This document shows, in pieces, positions 46,062-57,704 of a DNA stretch of 64,000 nucleotides. Position 1 is the stretch's first letter; each line of letters opens with the position of its first letter. A program made the position numbers and the translations under genes. Source of the stretch: Tetramitus jugosus. Lineage: Eukaryota; Protista; Heterolobosea. The notes under the pieces are model-generated. The model saw only the letters and a list, made by a program, of their open reading frames with translations, was not told where the DNA came from and made no database searches. The stretch spans positions 186,001 to 250,000 of the forward strand of contig OW569369.1 of assembly GCA_937625935.1 (NCBI GenBank), in the 5' to 3' direction.

Positions 46062-46631
46062 TTACTTTGTCATTCGACCAACAATAAGATATCTCTTTCG
46101 GTAATATACTTCCCATTCCTTCAATGTAGTCAATTCCTTCTCGGTCAATCCTTCCAGGCTTCCCAAAGGCTCCATATCCTGCACATTCAAGGAACTCTTT
46201 GCCAAGCAACGTGTGGCATCCGTTGCAGCAAACACACTGTATCCACTACCAGGTGAGTACATTTCTCTTCTCGATGTTACATCATAAACAAGTCCATTGA
46301 TTCCAATCCACACTGCATCTGCCGTTCCCGTGTGCTCTGCCAATTCTTGCATTGTAATCGTTCGATCGGGGATCTCCTGGTCGGAGTAATCAACTTCCTC
46401 AGTCTTTGGTGGTGCTTGTTCTACAGAATTGGATGTTCCACTGTTGGAGGTTGTTTTCGTGGGTGGCCGCGAAGAGATTGCATCCATAAAGTCTTTGTTT
46501 GAATCATTGTCATTGTTGTCATTGCTTGATGTCTTCTTGCTTGAGTTCAGCCATTTCAGCAATAGTGAGACAAGGATAACAGTACTCACGGATGTGAGAA
46601 ATAAAGTGACATTTTTGATCGACAAATCCAT
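46062..46631 (-). CDS. MAPR-family cytochrome b5-like heme/steroid-binding protein
   Basis: N-terminal TM anchor; GLVYDVTSRREMYSPGSGYSVFAATDATRCLAK...LKEWEVYYRKRYLIVG. Confidence 0.9.
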   Translation of the reverse strand: MDLSIKNVTLFLTSVSTVILVSLLLKWLNSSKKTSSNDNNDNDSNKDFMDAISSRPPTKTTSNSGTSNSVEQAPPKTEEVDYSDQEIPDRTITMQELAEHTGTADAVWIGINGLVYDVTSRREMYSPGSGYSVFAATDATRCLAKSSLNVQDMEPLGSLEGLTEKELTTLKEWEVYYRKRYLIVGRMTK

Positions 46632-46805
46632 TTCTTTGCTTGTTGGGTTTTGTTGTGTTCAATTAGCTTACAAATTCCCGCATAAAATTTCTTCCCGTCG
46701 GTCGGCAAAATACAGTTTTCCGGTGTTGCATGCAACTTCAATCAATATGTTGAAATTTCACACCACCAAGAGAAAAAAAGAAGAAGCACACTAAACAAAA
46801 GTGAA

Positions 46806-49025
46806 ATGTCGAGTCACAAGAGAAAACACAATGATGATCCAGCTGGATCATCATCCTATCAAACACTTCTCTCCACATTCAACAACAAGCAAGTCATGAA
46901 ACAAATGAAGCGAAAAATGAGAAAATTGGAACGAGAACAACAATCAGAGAGTGTTGAATCAATAACAACCACAAATATTGAACTACCATCATCTCCTATA
47001 CTTGAGCATCATCATCATTATTCAAGCGACACAGTGTCCAATCATGAGAGTTCATCACATGTGATGAATGATCCATTTGCAACCATTGTATCATCAACAT
47101 TTGATGATGAAGACGACGACAACAAGACAAAAAATGCTCCACTAAAATCGTTTTCCAGTGAAAAACAAGCACAGTGTTTTGCTGATTTGACAAAAGATGT
47201 GAAAAATCGACAAATTGTCAACATTGATTTCCAAAGAAGAATGAATGATGTTTGGTTCACTCATTTCTATAAGCCGTACACTGAGGATGAACTAAATGAA
47301 ATGATTGATCAATTCAATGATGTTGATAGGAATGAAATGCACTTGTTTGAAGAAGGTGCAAGTCATAGCAATCAAGTGTACAAGTCATTGGGTAACAGAG
47401 TACAGTACAATGTGCACAAACACTTGCCAGTTGTTCATGAAGATGCTTCTGTGGACAAGTATTGCATGGAGAGAGATGTGATGAAGTTGTGGAAGGCTCG
47501 TGTCTTGATGGCACAAGAGTCTGTGGATCATTTGAGACCCGATCAATTTTTCAAGACCAATTTTCAACAAGGCATATTCAGTATTGTGAACGATTATAGA
47601 GATTTGTACTTTAGTGGTAGAAATAGCTCGAATGCGGGTCCATTGTTGGAGAGTTTGGTGTTGCACACTGCGAATCACATGGTCAAGAAGAAGAGGTATC
47701 AAATTTTGAATCAAAAGATGAGAGAAGTGATGGGAGAGGAGCACTATGTAGTGAGAGATGGTACGTTGAATCCGACGACAATTCTCTTCTTGGTGCCTTT
47801 TAGAAGCACGGCATACAAGATTGTGAATTTGTTGTTGGAGTTGTTGCCAAAGATTCCGCTTGAAAACGTCAATAAGCTCGACGCATTTGAATACTTGTTC
47901 TCTCAGGCTGCAGAGGAGAATGAAGATGACGATGAAGAGGAGGACGGTGAACAGGAAGGAGCGAAACAAAAGAGTCGCGTTGATATGTCAAAACCAGAAT
48001 GGTGGAGGTCAGTTTTTGATGGTAATGTGGATGATCAGTTTGTGTTGCCATTGAAGTTTGACCTTCTTGAGGGAAATGCCGAAGTCATGTGCAAAACAAG
48101 CGAGAGTGATATTATCATTGCGACACCAGTGGCATTGATGGCCGAGAACAAGAATGATAAATTCCAAACGTTCCTCTCATCTATCGAGATTGTCAACGTG
48201 ATTGATGCAGATGTCATGTTGATGCAAAATTGGGAGCACATGATCTCTTCGTTTGAGCTGCTCAATTTATCTCCTTCACAGAGCAAGAGAACGACGTTTT
48301 CTGTCGATTGGCCGACATTGAAAACACCTCTACTGTATGAGAAGGCTCCTTACTTTAGACAAAATATTATAACGAGTAGATACATGACTCCTGATATCAA
48401 TTCTCTCATGCAGTACTGCAACAATCTGAGAGGTATCGTAAAGGTGAGAAATGTGTATCCAGGTGTCGTGTCCAAGGGCAAAGGATCAGTTCTTCAAATA
48501 TTTGAGCGATACGATTGCAAGAAATTAAGGAGAGATTCGGATAAGAGACACGAGTACTTTGTCAATCAAGTGTTCCCTAGATTCAAGAAGTCCAGTACCG
48601 GTAGATTCATAATTGTTGTTAGCTCGTATTTGGACTATGTCAGAGTGAGAAATTATTTCAATTCAGAGCGTATCCAGTTCTTTGGACTCTCGGAATACAC
48701 GGAAAATACTAGAAATCAATTGAGCAAGTTCAGGAAGGAGGAAACGAGATACATGCTCTATACGGAAAGACACTTCTACTATCATGCTCCAAAGTTGAAG
48801 GAGTTCAAGGTGAATCAAATCTTTTTCTACTCTCTGCCTGAGAATGACTTTATTTATCAAGCATTTGTTGAAAGAGCTGGAGCGATTGCCAAGAGTTATG
48901 AAGCCTGTCGTGTTCTCAGTCTATACAGTACCTTTGATGCCTTGAAACTGGAGCGGATCGTGGGTACAGAACGATGCAAGCCTCTGCTCACCGATGACCA
49001 GAATGTGCATCTCATCCAAAAATAA
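46806..49025 (+). CDS. UTP25: U3 snoRNP/SSU processome protein Utp25
   Basis: YRDLYF, ILFLVPFRSTA, FDGNVDDQF, SDIIIATP, FLSSIEI, MQNWEH, SYLDYVRVRNY, LYTERH, LKLERIVGTER. Confidence 0.92.
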   Translation: MSSHKRKHNDDPAGSSSYQTLLSTFNNKQVMKQMKRKMRKLEREQQSESVESITTTNIELPSSPILEHHHHYSSDTVSNHESSSHVMNDPFATIVSSTFDDEDDDNKTKNAPLKSFSSEKQAQCFADLTKDVKNRQIVNIDFQRRMNDVWFTHFYKPYTEDELNEMIDQFNDVDRNEMHLFEEGASHSNQVYKSLGNRVQYNVHKHLPVVHEDASVDKYCMERDVMKLWKARVLMAQESVDHLRPDQFFKTNFQQGIFSIVNDYRDLYFSGRNSSNAGPLLESLVLHTANHMVKKKRYQILNQKMREVMGEEHYVVRDGTLNPTTILFLVPFRSTAYKIVNLLLELLPKIPLENVNKLDAFEYLFSQAAEENEDDDEEEDGEQEGAKQKSRVDMSKPEWWRSVFDGNVDDQFVLPLKFDLLEGNAEVMCKTSESDIIIATPVALMAENKNDKFQTFLSSIEIVNVIDADVMLMQNWEHMISSFELLNLSPSQSKRTTFSVDWPTLKTPLLYEKAPYFRQNIITSRYMTPDINSLMQYCNNLRGIVKVRNVYPGVVSKGKGSVLQIFERYDCKKLRRDSDKRHEYFVNQVFPRFKKSSTGRFIIVVSSYLDYVRVRNYFNSERIQFFGLSEYTENTRNQLSKFRKEETRYMLYTERHFYYHAPKLKEFKVNQIFFYSLPENDFIYQAFVERAGAIAKSYEACRVLSLYSTFDALKLERIVGTERCKPLLTDDQNVHLIQK

Positions 49026-49159
49026 ACCACACAGCCGCAGATTCCAACTTCGCGCTCTTTTTTGTGTGACTTTCGCATTGTCCCGTAGTCGGAGCGTTAC
49101 ACATTCAGGAAATATTGCTTGAGTGAGAAATCAACTCCATTCTATCATCTAGAACACCA

Positions 49160-50272
49160 ATGAGCTCATTCGAAGATCCATTTGAAAATATTGTGATCCA
49201 ACTTCGAAACTGCCATCAAGAACAAACCAAGCAATTGCAACATCAATTGTTTGACTACAAGAAAAAGTATGAGGCAACGAGTGCTCAATTAGAACAGGCC
49301 AATCAGACCATTGCCATGCTAGAGAAAAAGTTGGAGGAATCTAATGAAGCGAGAAATCTAGTGTACAAAAAGTATTTGGATGTTCAGAAGAATCACGATG
49401 ATTTGTCAACGTTTAAGAAGTCGATTGTGAACATGTTAGATTCTTCTGTTGGTGCAAGTGGAGGGATAATGGGTCCATCTTCGATTGCTTCCCTCTCTTC
49501 CCTAATACCAAGTACAGTATCATCGGTTTCTTCTGATCCTTCATTGGCTTCATTATCAAATTTGTCATTGAATCACAATAGTCACAACAAGAGCGCATTA
49601 CCACAAGGAACAAACAATACTGCTTCATATCATCAAAACGGTGGTGCAAGTACTAATTACCTGAGTATGAATAACAATAGCGTTCGATTAGATGGATCTG
49701 GAAGCCATCAACAGACAATATCTTCGCTGACTGCTGGAGTAGCAGATATCTTGGAGAAGTACGAACGAGATGAGAAGCTCATTTCGAGAAGGAGGGACGA
49801 TAGTTTCAAGGGAACTGGTGATTCTCTGTTGAGAAGGTCCATGTTAATGGAGCCAGGGAGTGTAGCGAAGAAACCTGATTCCAAATTCTCTCTTGATGAC
49901 ATACTATCTCCAGTGCCAAAGCGAAAGACAGATAGTTCATTGATGAACTCAATGCAATCCGGATCAAATAGCTATTTGGAAAGAACGTCACGACTTGGTC
50001 CAGCTGAAAGAGGTTTACATCAGGTCCCGCAAGAGAAGATCGAAGAGGTGCGGGAAGAACTTGCTCACATGACCGCAGAACAATTATACAATCAAACGAA
50101 ACAGAGGCTATCAGGTCTTGAATTTGCAGATTTCGCTAGAAATATCAAGAGATTGAATCAGCAAGAGCAAAGTGTTGAGGAGACTCTGAAGAACGTCAAG
50201 CAGATATTCGGTAACGACAAGCAACATCTATTCTCCCAGTTCCAAAGATTGATTCGACGAGGTGAAGCTTGA
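49160..50272 (+). CDS. At4g15545/NAIP-like protein (N-terminal coiled coil plus C-terminal helical bundle)
   Basis: LSTFKKSIVNML after the coiled coil; C-terminal RLSGLEFADFARNIKRLNQQEQSVEETLKNVKQIFG. Confidence 0.7.
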   Translation: MSSFEDPFENIVIQLRNCHQEQTKQLQHQLFDYKKKYEATSAQLEQANQTIAMLEKKLEESNEARNLVYKKYLDVQKNHDDLSTFKKSIVNMLDSSVGASGGIMGPSSIASLSSLIPSTVSSVSSDPSLASLSNLSLNHNSHNKSALPQGTNNTASYHQNGGASTNYLSMNNNSVRLDGSGSHQQTISSLTAGVADILEKYERDEKLISRRRDDSFKGTGDSLLRRSMLMEPGSVAKKPDSKFSLDDILSPVPKRKTDSSLMNSMQSGSNSYLERTSRLGPAERGLHQVPQEKIEEVREELAHMTAEQLYNQTKQRLSGLEFADFARNIKRLNQQEQSVEETLKNVKQIFGNDKQHLFSQFQRLIRRGEA

Positions 50273-50326
50273 TAAACTATTCGTTGTACACTAGTCATTA
50301 CAACAAAATATTGATCCCTATTATTT

Positions 50327-51464
50327 TTACACTTTGTGGATACATGTCCACAGCTGTTCAATACTCGTGTTCTCCCTTAACCTTTCTACTGCAAGCCCCA
50401 AATCCGTGTTATACACTGGCTCCCGATCAGAGTTTTTATCAACTCCATCGGCATAATACACTGACAACGGATCTGCTGTATCATAGTCTCCAACAATTTC
50501 GACATTATCGTCCTTTCTTTCTACTTTGAGTTGAGTGAGACTCGGTGCTTTTTCTTCATGAGAGAAATCTACTCCAAACACGGGATTATTAGAATAGATT
50601 TTGTGAAGACTCGCTACTTCGCTATAAACTTTCTTTAGCTTTTCCAAGGGATCCATCCTGAAACCGAGCACATACTTTCCACTTTGAGGTGTTGTTTCTA
50701 TGACAAAAGCTGCTCCAAACTTGGAATCTCTCACCTTGACTGCTTTCTATTGATAACAATTGAGATCGAATAAGACAAGTTAACAGCATGGTACATCTAT
50801 CATATAAGTGGATGGTAATACTTACGATCTGAAGGTAGGGAATGCTGACATTGAAATTCTCAGCCAAATCAGCGAACCACACAACTCTAACGTTAGTAAT
50901 AACAAATGTTCCTAGGTTACCCTGATCTGAACTCAAGTTCCACACTCCTGTCACTTTGTTGAACACTTGCTCCTGTGGCAAGAGGGTTACACTCTTATCT
51001 CGAACGATTGCTCCTCGGAGTTTCAAATCTCTGTACAATTTACTACTTTCGTATGCCTTGTACACTGCTTGAACAGTCGTGAACAACTTAGGACTATTCT
51101 TAACCAAGTTTGTGAATATGAATTCAAACCTCTGATTTCCAAACTTTGTTAGGACATATAGAGCTTGCGTATGTCCTCGCAATCTAGAGTTAGCAGTATG
51201 AATCGTTACATTGACAACAGCATTGTAACCGATACTCAAATTGAGTGATGGCTTTCTGATACATGACCAAATAATTCTCAGGTTAGTCAGAACGAGCATT
51301 CCTCTTTCCCCATTGTTTCCCTTTGTGTCCTCTATGCTATCGATACTATCAATCTCAAATTCTCCTTTCCTTGGCAGGAGCATATCCATTGGAATGTCGA
51401 AGCGGATCTCTCGATCTTGCCACACATAATTATGATTCTGCGTCACGTAGTTTGGAGCTACCAT
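50327..51464 (-). CDS. BBS5: Bardet-Biedl syndrome 5 protein (BBSome); exons 51464-50826 and 50746-50327
   Basis: [60 protein letters not shown]; intron at 50825-50747. Confidence 0.97.
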
Positions 51465-51592
51465 GATGTATGTGCCTTCCAACCTTTCGAACTCTTCTTC
51501 GAACTTTTCGCCACTGTAATAGCTGACAAAAAGGGCGCGCTGTCAAAATGACATTGACAGTCAGTTTATTGGAGAGTGAAACGATCTTTGAG

Positions 51593-53023
51593 TTACTCAA
51601 AGATATCAACAGAGTTCATTTGACCTGCTTCAGTGAACAAGTGCCATCTGTGATCTGACAACTCCCGGAATCCTGTTGTAAATTTCTGATATTTTCTGGA
51701 GCACACTGCGTGCTTTGATGAGAGTTTAGTTTGTGGTGGACATCGAATGAATATGTGCTTAATCTTGTCCGGATACTTTCTCATCAAATCTCCATAGATC
51801 ATCGGATCCTTCTCATTGCTATCTCCAACGAGAATATATTTGCGATTGGGATGCTCTCTTATAATCTGCTCTAATAGGACAGCCTTATGAGCAGAGTTGA
51901 ACAAGTTCAATATTGTGCTATCAATGATAGAAATCCTTCTTAAGCCAATGGAATGAAATGGAAAGTGATGAGAGGAAAGAAAAGCTTCCAGTCGCGCATG
52001 TAACTGTATTGGAGAGCTAGACACATAGTGAAACAGCATACTATCATCATACAATCCCTCCTTGTCATCATTCAATCCGATACGATGATTACTTATCATC
52101 TTCTGTTTGTGATCCTTGAATCGCTCGAGATAATTTGCAGCCCAGCCATTATAGACACCAGCAATATCTGGCACACTCTGAAACTCCTTAAAGAACGTAT
52201 TGTGCAACATCTCCCGATAATCCAACACATTAGTGTGTTTGATCGTGTCATCAATATCAGAAATGACACTCAAATACTCAAATTCTTCAATACCATCTTC
52301 CTTCTTATCACCTTGCGACACATTCTTGTCGATCGAAAGAGGTGCCGCAGTCACATGAATCAAGCCAATTTGATCTGATCCCAATATCGAGTATCGCACC
52401 CACTTACTCGTACCATCCCTCGTCGCAACAGCAGCCTTCGACTCTTGTTGCAACAAACACCTCACTTCTTCATCATTAAACAACAATTCAGCTTCCAAAT
52501 ACCCTCGATTATTTGTCTGCAACACAAAATCCTTAAACTTTGATTGATCTTGAACTTCCTCAGTCATGTTCAACTGAAAACGCACTGTTACGTTCACGCT
52601 ATGATCTACACTGTATCTCAGCCAATCTTCAATCACATGCTGCCTCAAATTCTCATCACTCGGCGACCCCTGAACAATCAACAACCAATGCAACAATTGA
52701 TAGACAAAATACCTCATTGTCCAACGCAAATTGCCAAACGAGTGCTCATGCCGTTCATACACGTGAGCTTGAATGGGAAAGTGCCAAACAAATCTTGATG
52801 TTGGTTCACCATTGTCATGATGATATGTTGGAAAAGCTACGGTACGATAGAGCGCAATTTGATGATGATTGAGCAGTGTTGCTTCTGAAGAAGAAGAAAA
52901 GCTTTTGTGAAAAAAGTGTTCATGGACGAGGAGAAGAGTGAGAAAGAGAAGAATGAGAGACAAGAGGGAGAGAATAAGATATTTCGAGAGACGACAAACA
53001 ATACGAAGCAATTTTGGCGCCAT
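51593..53023 (-). CDS. App1-type phosphatidate phosphatase (HAD fold) with an N-terminal membrane anchor
   Basis: VISDIDDTIK (DxDxT), FHYVSSSP, YILVGDSNEKDPMIY. Confidence 0.85.
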   Translation of the reverse strand: MAPKLLRIVCRLSKYLILSLLSLILLFLTLLLVHEHFFHKSFSSSSEATLLNHHQIALYRTVAFPTYHHDNGEPTSRFVWHFPIQAHVYERHEHSFGNLRWTMRYFVYQLLHWLLIVQGSPSDENLRQHVIEDWLRYSVDHSVNVTVRFQLNMTEEVQDQSKFKDFVLQTNNRGYLEAELLFNDEEVRCLLQQESKAAVATRDGTSKWVRYSILGSDQIGLIHVTAAPLSIDKNVSQGDKKEDGIEEFEYLSVISDIDDTIKHTNVLDYREMLHNTFFKEFQSVPDIAGVYNGWAANYLERFKDHKQKMISNHRIGLNDDKEGLYDDSMLFHYVSSSPIQLHARLEAFLSSHHFPFHSIGLRRISIIDSTILNLFNSAHKAVLLEQIIREHPNRKYILVGDSNEKDPMIYGDLMRKYPDKIKHIFIRCPPQTKLSSKHAVCSRKYQKFTTGFRELSDHRWHLFTEAGQMNSVDIFE

Positions 53024-53099
53024 GCTTTCTGTTTTGGCAAAAAGAAAAGTAAAAAGCCTACATTACTGAGGGTTCTCGAGTAGTCTCCTATCTCAATAC

Positions 53100-54996
53100 A
53101 TTACAAAAACCTTTTGTGATTGGTCCACATACAACCATAAAAACATGATGAGGTTCTAACGAGCAGAAAACTTTGTATTCTCCTATTGGAAGCGATTTCG
53201 TCCTGTATTTACGACACAGATCATAACAGTTCTTTATTCGTCGTATATTTAAAGGCGGATTCTATTCCGAATAGCAAATCTTTCGTTCAAATTTGAGTTT
53301 GGTATCTCCGTACGAAACAGTAAAAGAATTTATTCATGATAATAACAACGCTATGGTTACATAAAAGTTAATCCTACCTTAACAACTGCTTTATTCTTGA
53401 GAAATAGTAAAATTTCTTTCTTGTCTACGATCCATTACAGATTTATTTTCAATTTTCGTACTGAATCCCAAAGTATAAAGAAATGATGAAATTATTAAAC
53501 CAAAGAGTCATGTTTGTTGTTGTGGAATCATATGATACAAAATCCCTTCTCGATGTTATAGGAAGAACAAAAACTGTCACTAGATTCAAATGTTGCCACT
53601 CGTAGATTTTGAGACTCAATCCCAATATTATTCATACTGATAATTATCTAAAGTTCTTGAGAGTGACAAAAAGAGAACAGATTGCGGTCTGAAAGCAATA
53701 AAATTGGGTTAATAATTGCAAGAACCCAAACAAAGTACGATAATTTTTGTCATTAATTTATGTATTAGCATATTATCAAGGCGAGGTCATTTATACTTTA
53801 GAATACAACATCCTTAAAAACTCCTTTTTTCTTGAGAAATAGTAAAACATTGTCAGTGTTGAGTTACAACCTAATCATAGTCTTCAAAATTGAGTAAAAA
53901 TGAGTGAAGATGTTCTCAACCATGCGACATTTAGCATGAAGAACACATAGTTCAAATACGATGTCAACCTCGTCAGAGAAGAAAGGGAGTCAGTTAAAAC
54001 AGAAGATGTACTATCAGACAAAAATCGATGAACACTACTATCTCAATTCTGTTCACAAAATTTTCTTCTCAGATAGGTAAGGCTTTCACGAATTCAAATT
54101 ATATCCACGACAACATGGAACCATTCGTTGACTATTGAATGTCTGAGACTAATTTAAAGAAGCCTTTGTAGAACTGAAGTACAGAACTTCGAATCACAAG
54201 AAAACCCAAGCATAATTGCTTGCCAAGACAGAACGTTCCTATCTGTTTTTGTGAGATAGGCTTGCCTGTTCTCAATTGACTTTTCTGAATTGTCTAACAT
54301 GATGTGGTACTTGCTTCTTGGAGTGGGTTTTACGAAACAGGATTCTTTTCTTCTTGTAATATCGTGTTTCCATTCTTCAGGGACTCATTGCGAGGGTCTC
54401 CACTTCCATCTGGAGGACCGTTGGTGATGTCAGATGGTTTGGTAGGACACGCATTGTTTCCATCTCCACTGGTATGAATTTTACCTTCCGAAGCAAATCC
54501 TCGTCACACGTTTGGTCTCCAACACAATAAAAATCGAGTTTTGATTCTTGATATTCTTGAACTTTGTTGTGCCGAGCATGAATTCGATGTCGTCGCCCGT
54601 CTTATCTTTGTAGACATGAAGGGTGACTTTCTTGTCACGATCAACGTTGTGTTTGAGTTCTGTCTTGCAGTCACCCACCTTCTTGTTGTAACTGAAGGTT
54701 ATCAACAACAGTTACCCATGTAACAAATCTCTTAGGGACTTACTTGATGACTTGGATCCTGCTGAGCCATTCACCAAAATCCGAGTCAATATTGGCGATA
54801 GTCTTGGGGGAGTTATCACACTTTCCAGCGATGATGGCCTCCTTGCTGCTTGGTGCAGTCCCTCTTGGGGTTGTGTTCCAAATAGCATAATATGGGTCTT
54901 TTGGATACCAAATCGAGATCCTCTAGTGGGCACACTCTTAGCTCTACTCGCATCAGAGACAACATCTGACATGTTTGTCGTAAGGTAGAGAAACAA
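53100..54996 (-). pseudogene. Probable decayed gene with an internal repeat
   Basis: Same-frame ORF pieces 54712-54996 and 54481-54708 are separated by a stop. A 36-bp imperfect repeat at 53377-53412 and 53812-53847 is spaced 435 nt (145 codons) apart and reads FYYFSRIKQLLR / FYYFSRKKEFLR. Confidence 0.35.
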
Positions 54997-55173
54997 ACGG
55001 TTTTTAAGTAGTTCATTGAAATTCTAGAAATTGAAAATCACACCGAAAAAAGAAAGAAACACGCACCAAGAACAACCACTCGCAAACAACCCAATAACCA
55101 CATATCCACCCTGACAAAATCTCAACTGGCGCCCCAGCGCTCGACAAATTGCGATTTAAAGAAGAAGTATCAA

Positions 55174-55244
55174 TCGGGCATGGTATAGGGGTAGCATTCC
55201 AGACTGTCACTCTGGCGACCCGGGTTCGATTCCCGGTGTTCGAG
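55174..55244 (+). tRNA. tRNA-Asp (GTC)
   Basis: Acceptor TCGGGCA/TGTTCGA; anticodon arm CCAGA-CTGTCAC-TCTGG; T arm CCGGG-TTCGATT-CCCGG; G discriminator; T5 Pol III terminator at 55248. Confidence 0.95.
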
Positions 55245-55435
55245 ACCTTTTTGGCCAATGGAACGGTTCTTCACCTTGGCATTGACGATCATTGGGGCAC
55301 AGAACCTTTTCGTTGGCCATCAAGTAGTTGGTCATGAAGTTCGTTTACTTGCTAGAACATTACAGAAGCAAAAAACGCTTTGAAGGAAGCATTAGCAATA
55401 AAAAATGAACTTCAATAAGATTACAAAAATATGGA

Positions 55436-56437
55436 TCATTGCGGTTGCAGGCACAATGCCCCAATGATACCGGCGCTATCACCAAATTCCGAACCAGTGA
55501 TATATTCTGATGGATCCTCAGCCAATAGAGGATGCTTCATGTACCCGTTCAGCAATTGCTTGAACTTGGTCTGGATCTTTGGATATAGACACAATCTCTT
55601 GAGAACACCACCACTAATAACGATGCGCTCTACACTCGTCAACAAGCAAATAGAAATGCACAAATGAGCCAAATAGTGAGCCACGACATCCCAAACCTCA
55701 TCTTCGTCTGGTATGTTTTTTATCTCAGCGTTCTTTATACCCTTTCTTGCAGCAATCGCACCTGCACTTGCCATACCCTCAATACATGATCCATGGAATG
55801 GACAAGTACCCTGAAATTTCATATCCAAATCACGTTCGTGCAATGGTCCATATAAATGACCACCTTCTGGATGGATCAAGCCATGAACAGTTCGTCCATT
55901 GATCACCAATCCAACACCAATTCCGGTTCCAACCGTTATATAGGCAATAGATGACAACTTGTTGCCTTGAGATGCATTGTAATGTCTCAATTCAGAATTT
56001 GCAGGAGCATTGACGTCCGTATCAAAGCTAAATTGATCTTGTCTCAAATCAGGAAAGCTCTTTTCGACAAAGCCAAGAATATTTGTAAACTGCCATTTGA
56101 TCTTTGGTGTGCTCGTAATGAAACCATAAGTCTCTGAGCTCACATCAAGATCCACAGGACCGAAACAAGCGATCCCAACATGTTGAATCGCATAATTATT
56201 CTTTTGACAAATTTCCTTGATCCACTGAGTCACTTTTGTCAATGTTTCCTGTGGTTCAGTCGTATCAAACACCTCTGTATGGATAATGTCTTGTTTTCCA
56301 TAGGTCACAGCACTATCATCATCAGCAGCAGCAGTAGTAGCAGATCTCTTGTCAATGCATATGGCAGTTTTGAATGAAGTTCCACCCGCTTCAATACCTA
56401 CAATAACACATGTCATCTCCTCTTGGCCAGTTCTCAT
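55436..56437 (-). CDS. ROK-family fructokinase (bacterial ScrK/YdhR type)
   Basis: GIEAGGT, GIACFGP, DTDVNAPA, YITVGTGIGVG, HPEGGH, CPFHGSCIEGMAS. Confidence 0.9.
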   Translation of the reverse strand: MRTGQEEMTCVIVGIEAGGTSFKTAICIDKRSATTAAADDDSAVTYGKQDIIHTEVFDTTEPQETLTKVTQWIKEICQKNNYAIQHVGIACFGPVDLDVSSETYGFITSTPKIKWQFTNILGFVEKSFPDLRQDQFSFDTDVNAPANSELRHYNASQGNKLSSIAYITVGTGIGVGLVINGRTVHGLIHPEGGHLYGPLHERDLDMKFQGTCPFHGSCIEGMASAGAIAARKGIKNAEIKNIPDEDEVWDVVAHYLAHLCISICLLTSVERIVISGGVLKRLCLYPKIQTKFKQLLNGYMKHPLLAEDPSEYITGSEFGDSAGIIGALCLQPQ

Positions 56438-56708
56438 TCTGTTTGATTGAATTGTTTTTTTCAGTGAAGATCCCAAAACGGATGAGGCGCGATGAAGACA
56501 AGGGAATCATGACCATCTTGTGAATGATCATGCAAGAAATGAATTTCACTTTCTTTATCAGTTAGAATAGAGAGAAATAAATAGTTTGTCATCAGAGAGT
56601 GGTAACAAAGCTCATAATATCACAGAGCTGAGAAACCAAAGAAAGATACACTTGTGATGACGATTAGACCTGCTTTTTGGACAGTTCCTAGTGTTTTGTG
56701 TGTGCATT

Positions 56709-57704
56709 TTAGTGACCAGCACTCGTGGCTTGCGTCGTGGAAGAGGAAGCAGCAGCTTTGGATCCCTTCTTTGACTGCTGTTTGGCCAACTTTTCAGCAA
56801 ATTTGAGCCTCAATTCCTCCTTGATCTCATTCTCCAGTTTCCGTATCTCCTCCATCGTTAAATCTAGCCAATCATCCACAGTAAAGTGCATCTTTTGATG
56901 CAATCGCAAAAAGAGACCCCTTTGCGTGTCGTGTAGCTTTGATTCGATCGCGCTCTGTATAATCGCAAGTTTACACTCTACAGAAACCAACTTGTAGCAG
57001 CACATGATTTGACCAGAGTCCTTGAACTGGTGTGCCTTGTACCATTCTGCTCCCTGAAGTGGCAGTGCAAGAAAGGGTGCAGAGCTGCTTCCATCACTGA
57101 AACGATTCAATTTGGAAGAAAGCTTTGGTGCGTTGACATTTTTTGGGTGTTCCTCCTTCTTGCACTGCTCGTGCGTATCATTCACAATATCAACAAGGAC
57201 AACCTTTCTCTTCTTGAGCTGCTCAGCACTCAATTCATGCACATTGTCCAATTGTCCGTAGTCGTTGGGAACGTGTCGCGTCGTAAGCTCAATGCGGAAT
57301 TTCTTTCCAAAAAAGGGCGATGTAACGACAGTTTTACAATATGGGTAGGCGTTCCAAGCTTCTTCGTGGAATGCGAGAGAAGAGTTGGGAATGAGCTTGC
57401 TGAGCCAAGCAGGAAGTCTCTTATTTACATGATAGACTCTATATATGATATAAAAGTAGGGTTAGCTAAAGTCTCAGCACGACTTGAAGAAAGCTTGAAA
57501 AATGTTCAATGCAAATAAAACAACTTACTTGTACGTGTATTGGCCCTTGCCATTCTCATCTTCGAACGGTTCATTCTTGATCACTTCCACTCCTTCACCA
57601 TCCCCAGATTCCTCCTTGGACAAGATGGCGAATGCGTAGAGTTGACCTATTTGGTACTCTGATGTCGTGTAGGGCAGTGGTATTCTATATTCTACAAGTT
57701 TCAT
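56709..57704 (-). CDS. Phosphatidylinositol transfer protein (StART-like class); exons 57704-57529 and 57438-56709
   Basis: MKLVEYRIPLP..EYQIGQLY..GEGVEVIKNEPF..GQYTYK / VYH..EEAWNAYPYCKT..MCCYKLV..DDWLDLTMEEIRKLE; intron at 57528-57439. Confidence 0.92.
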
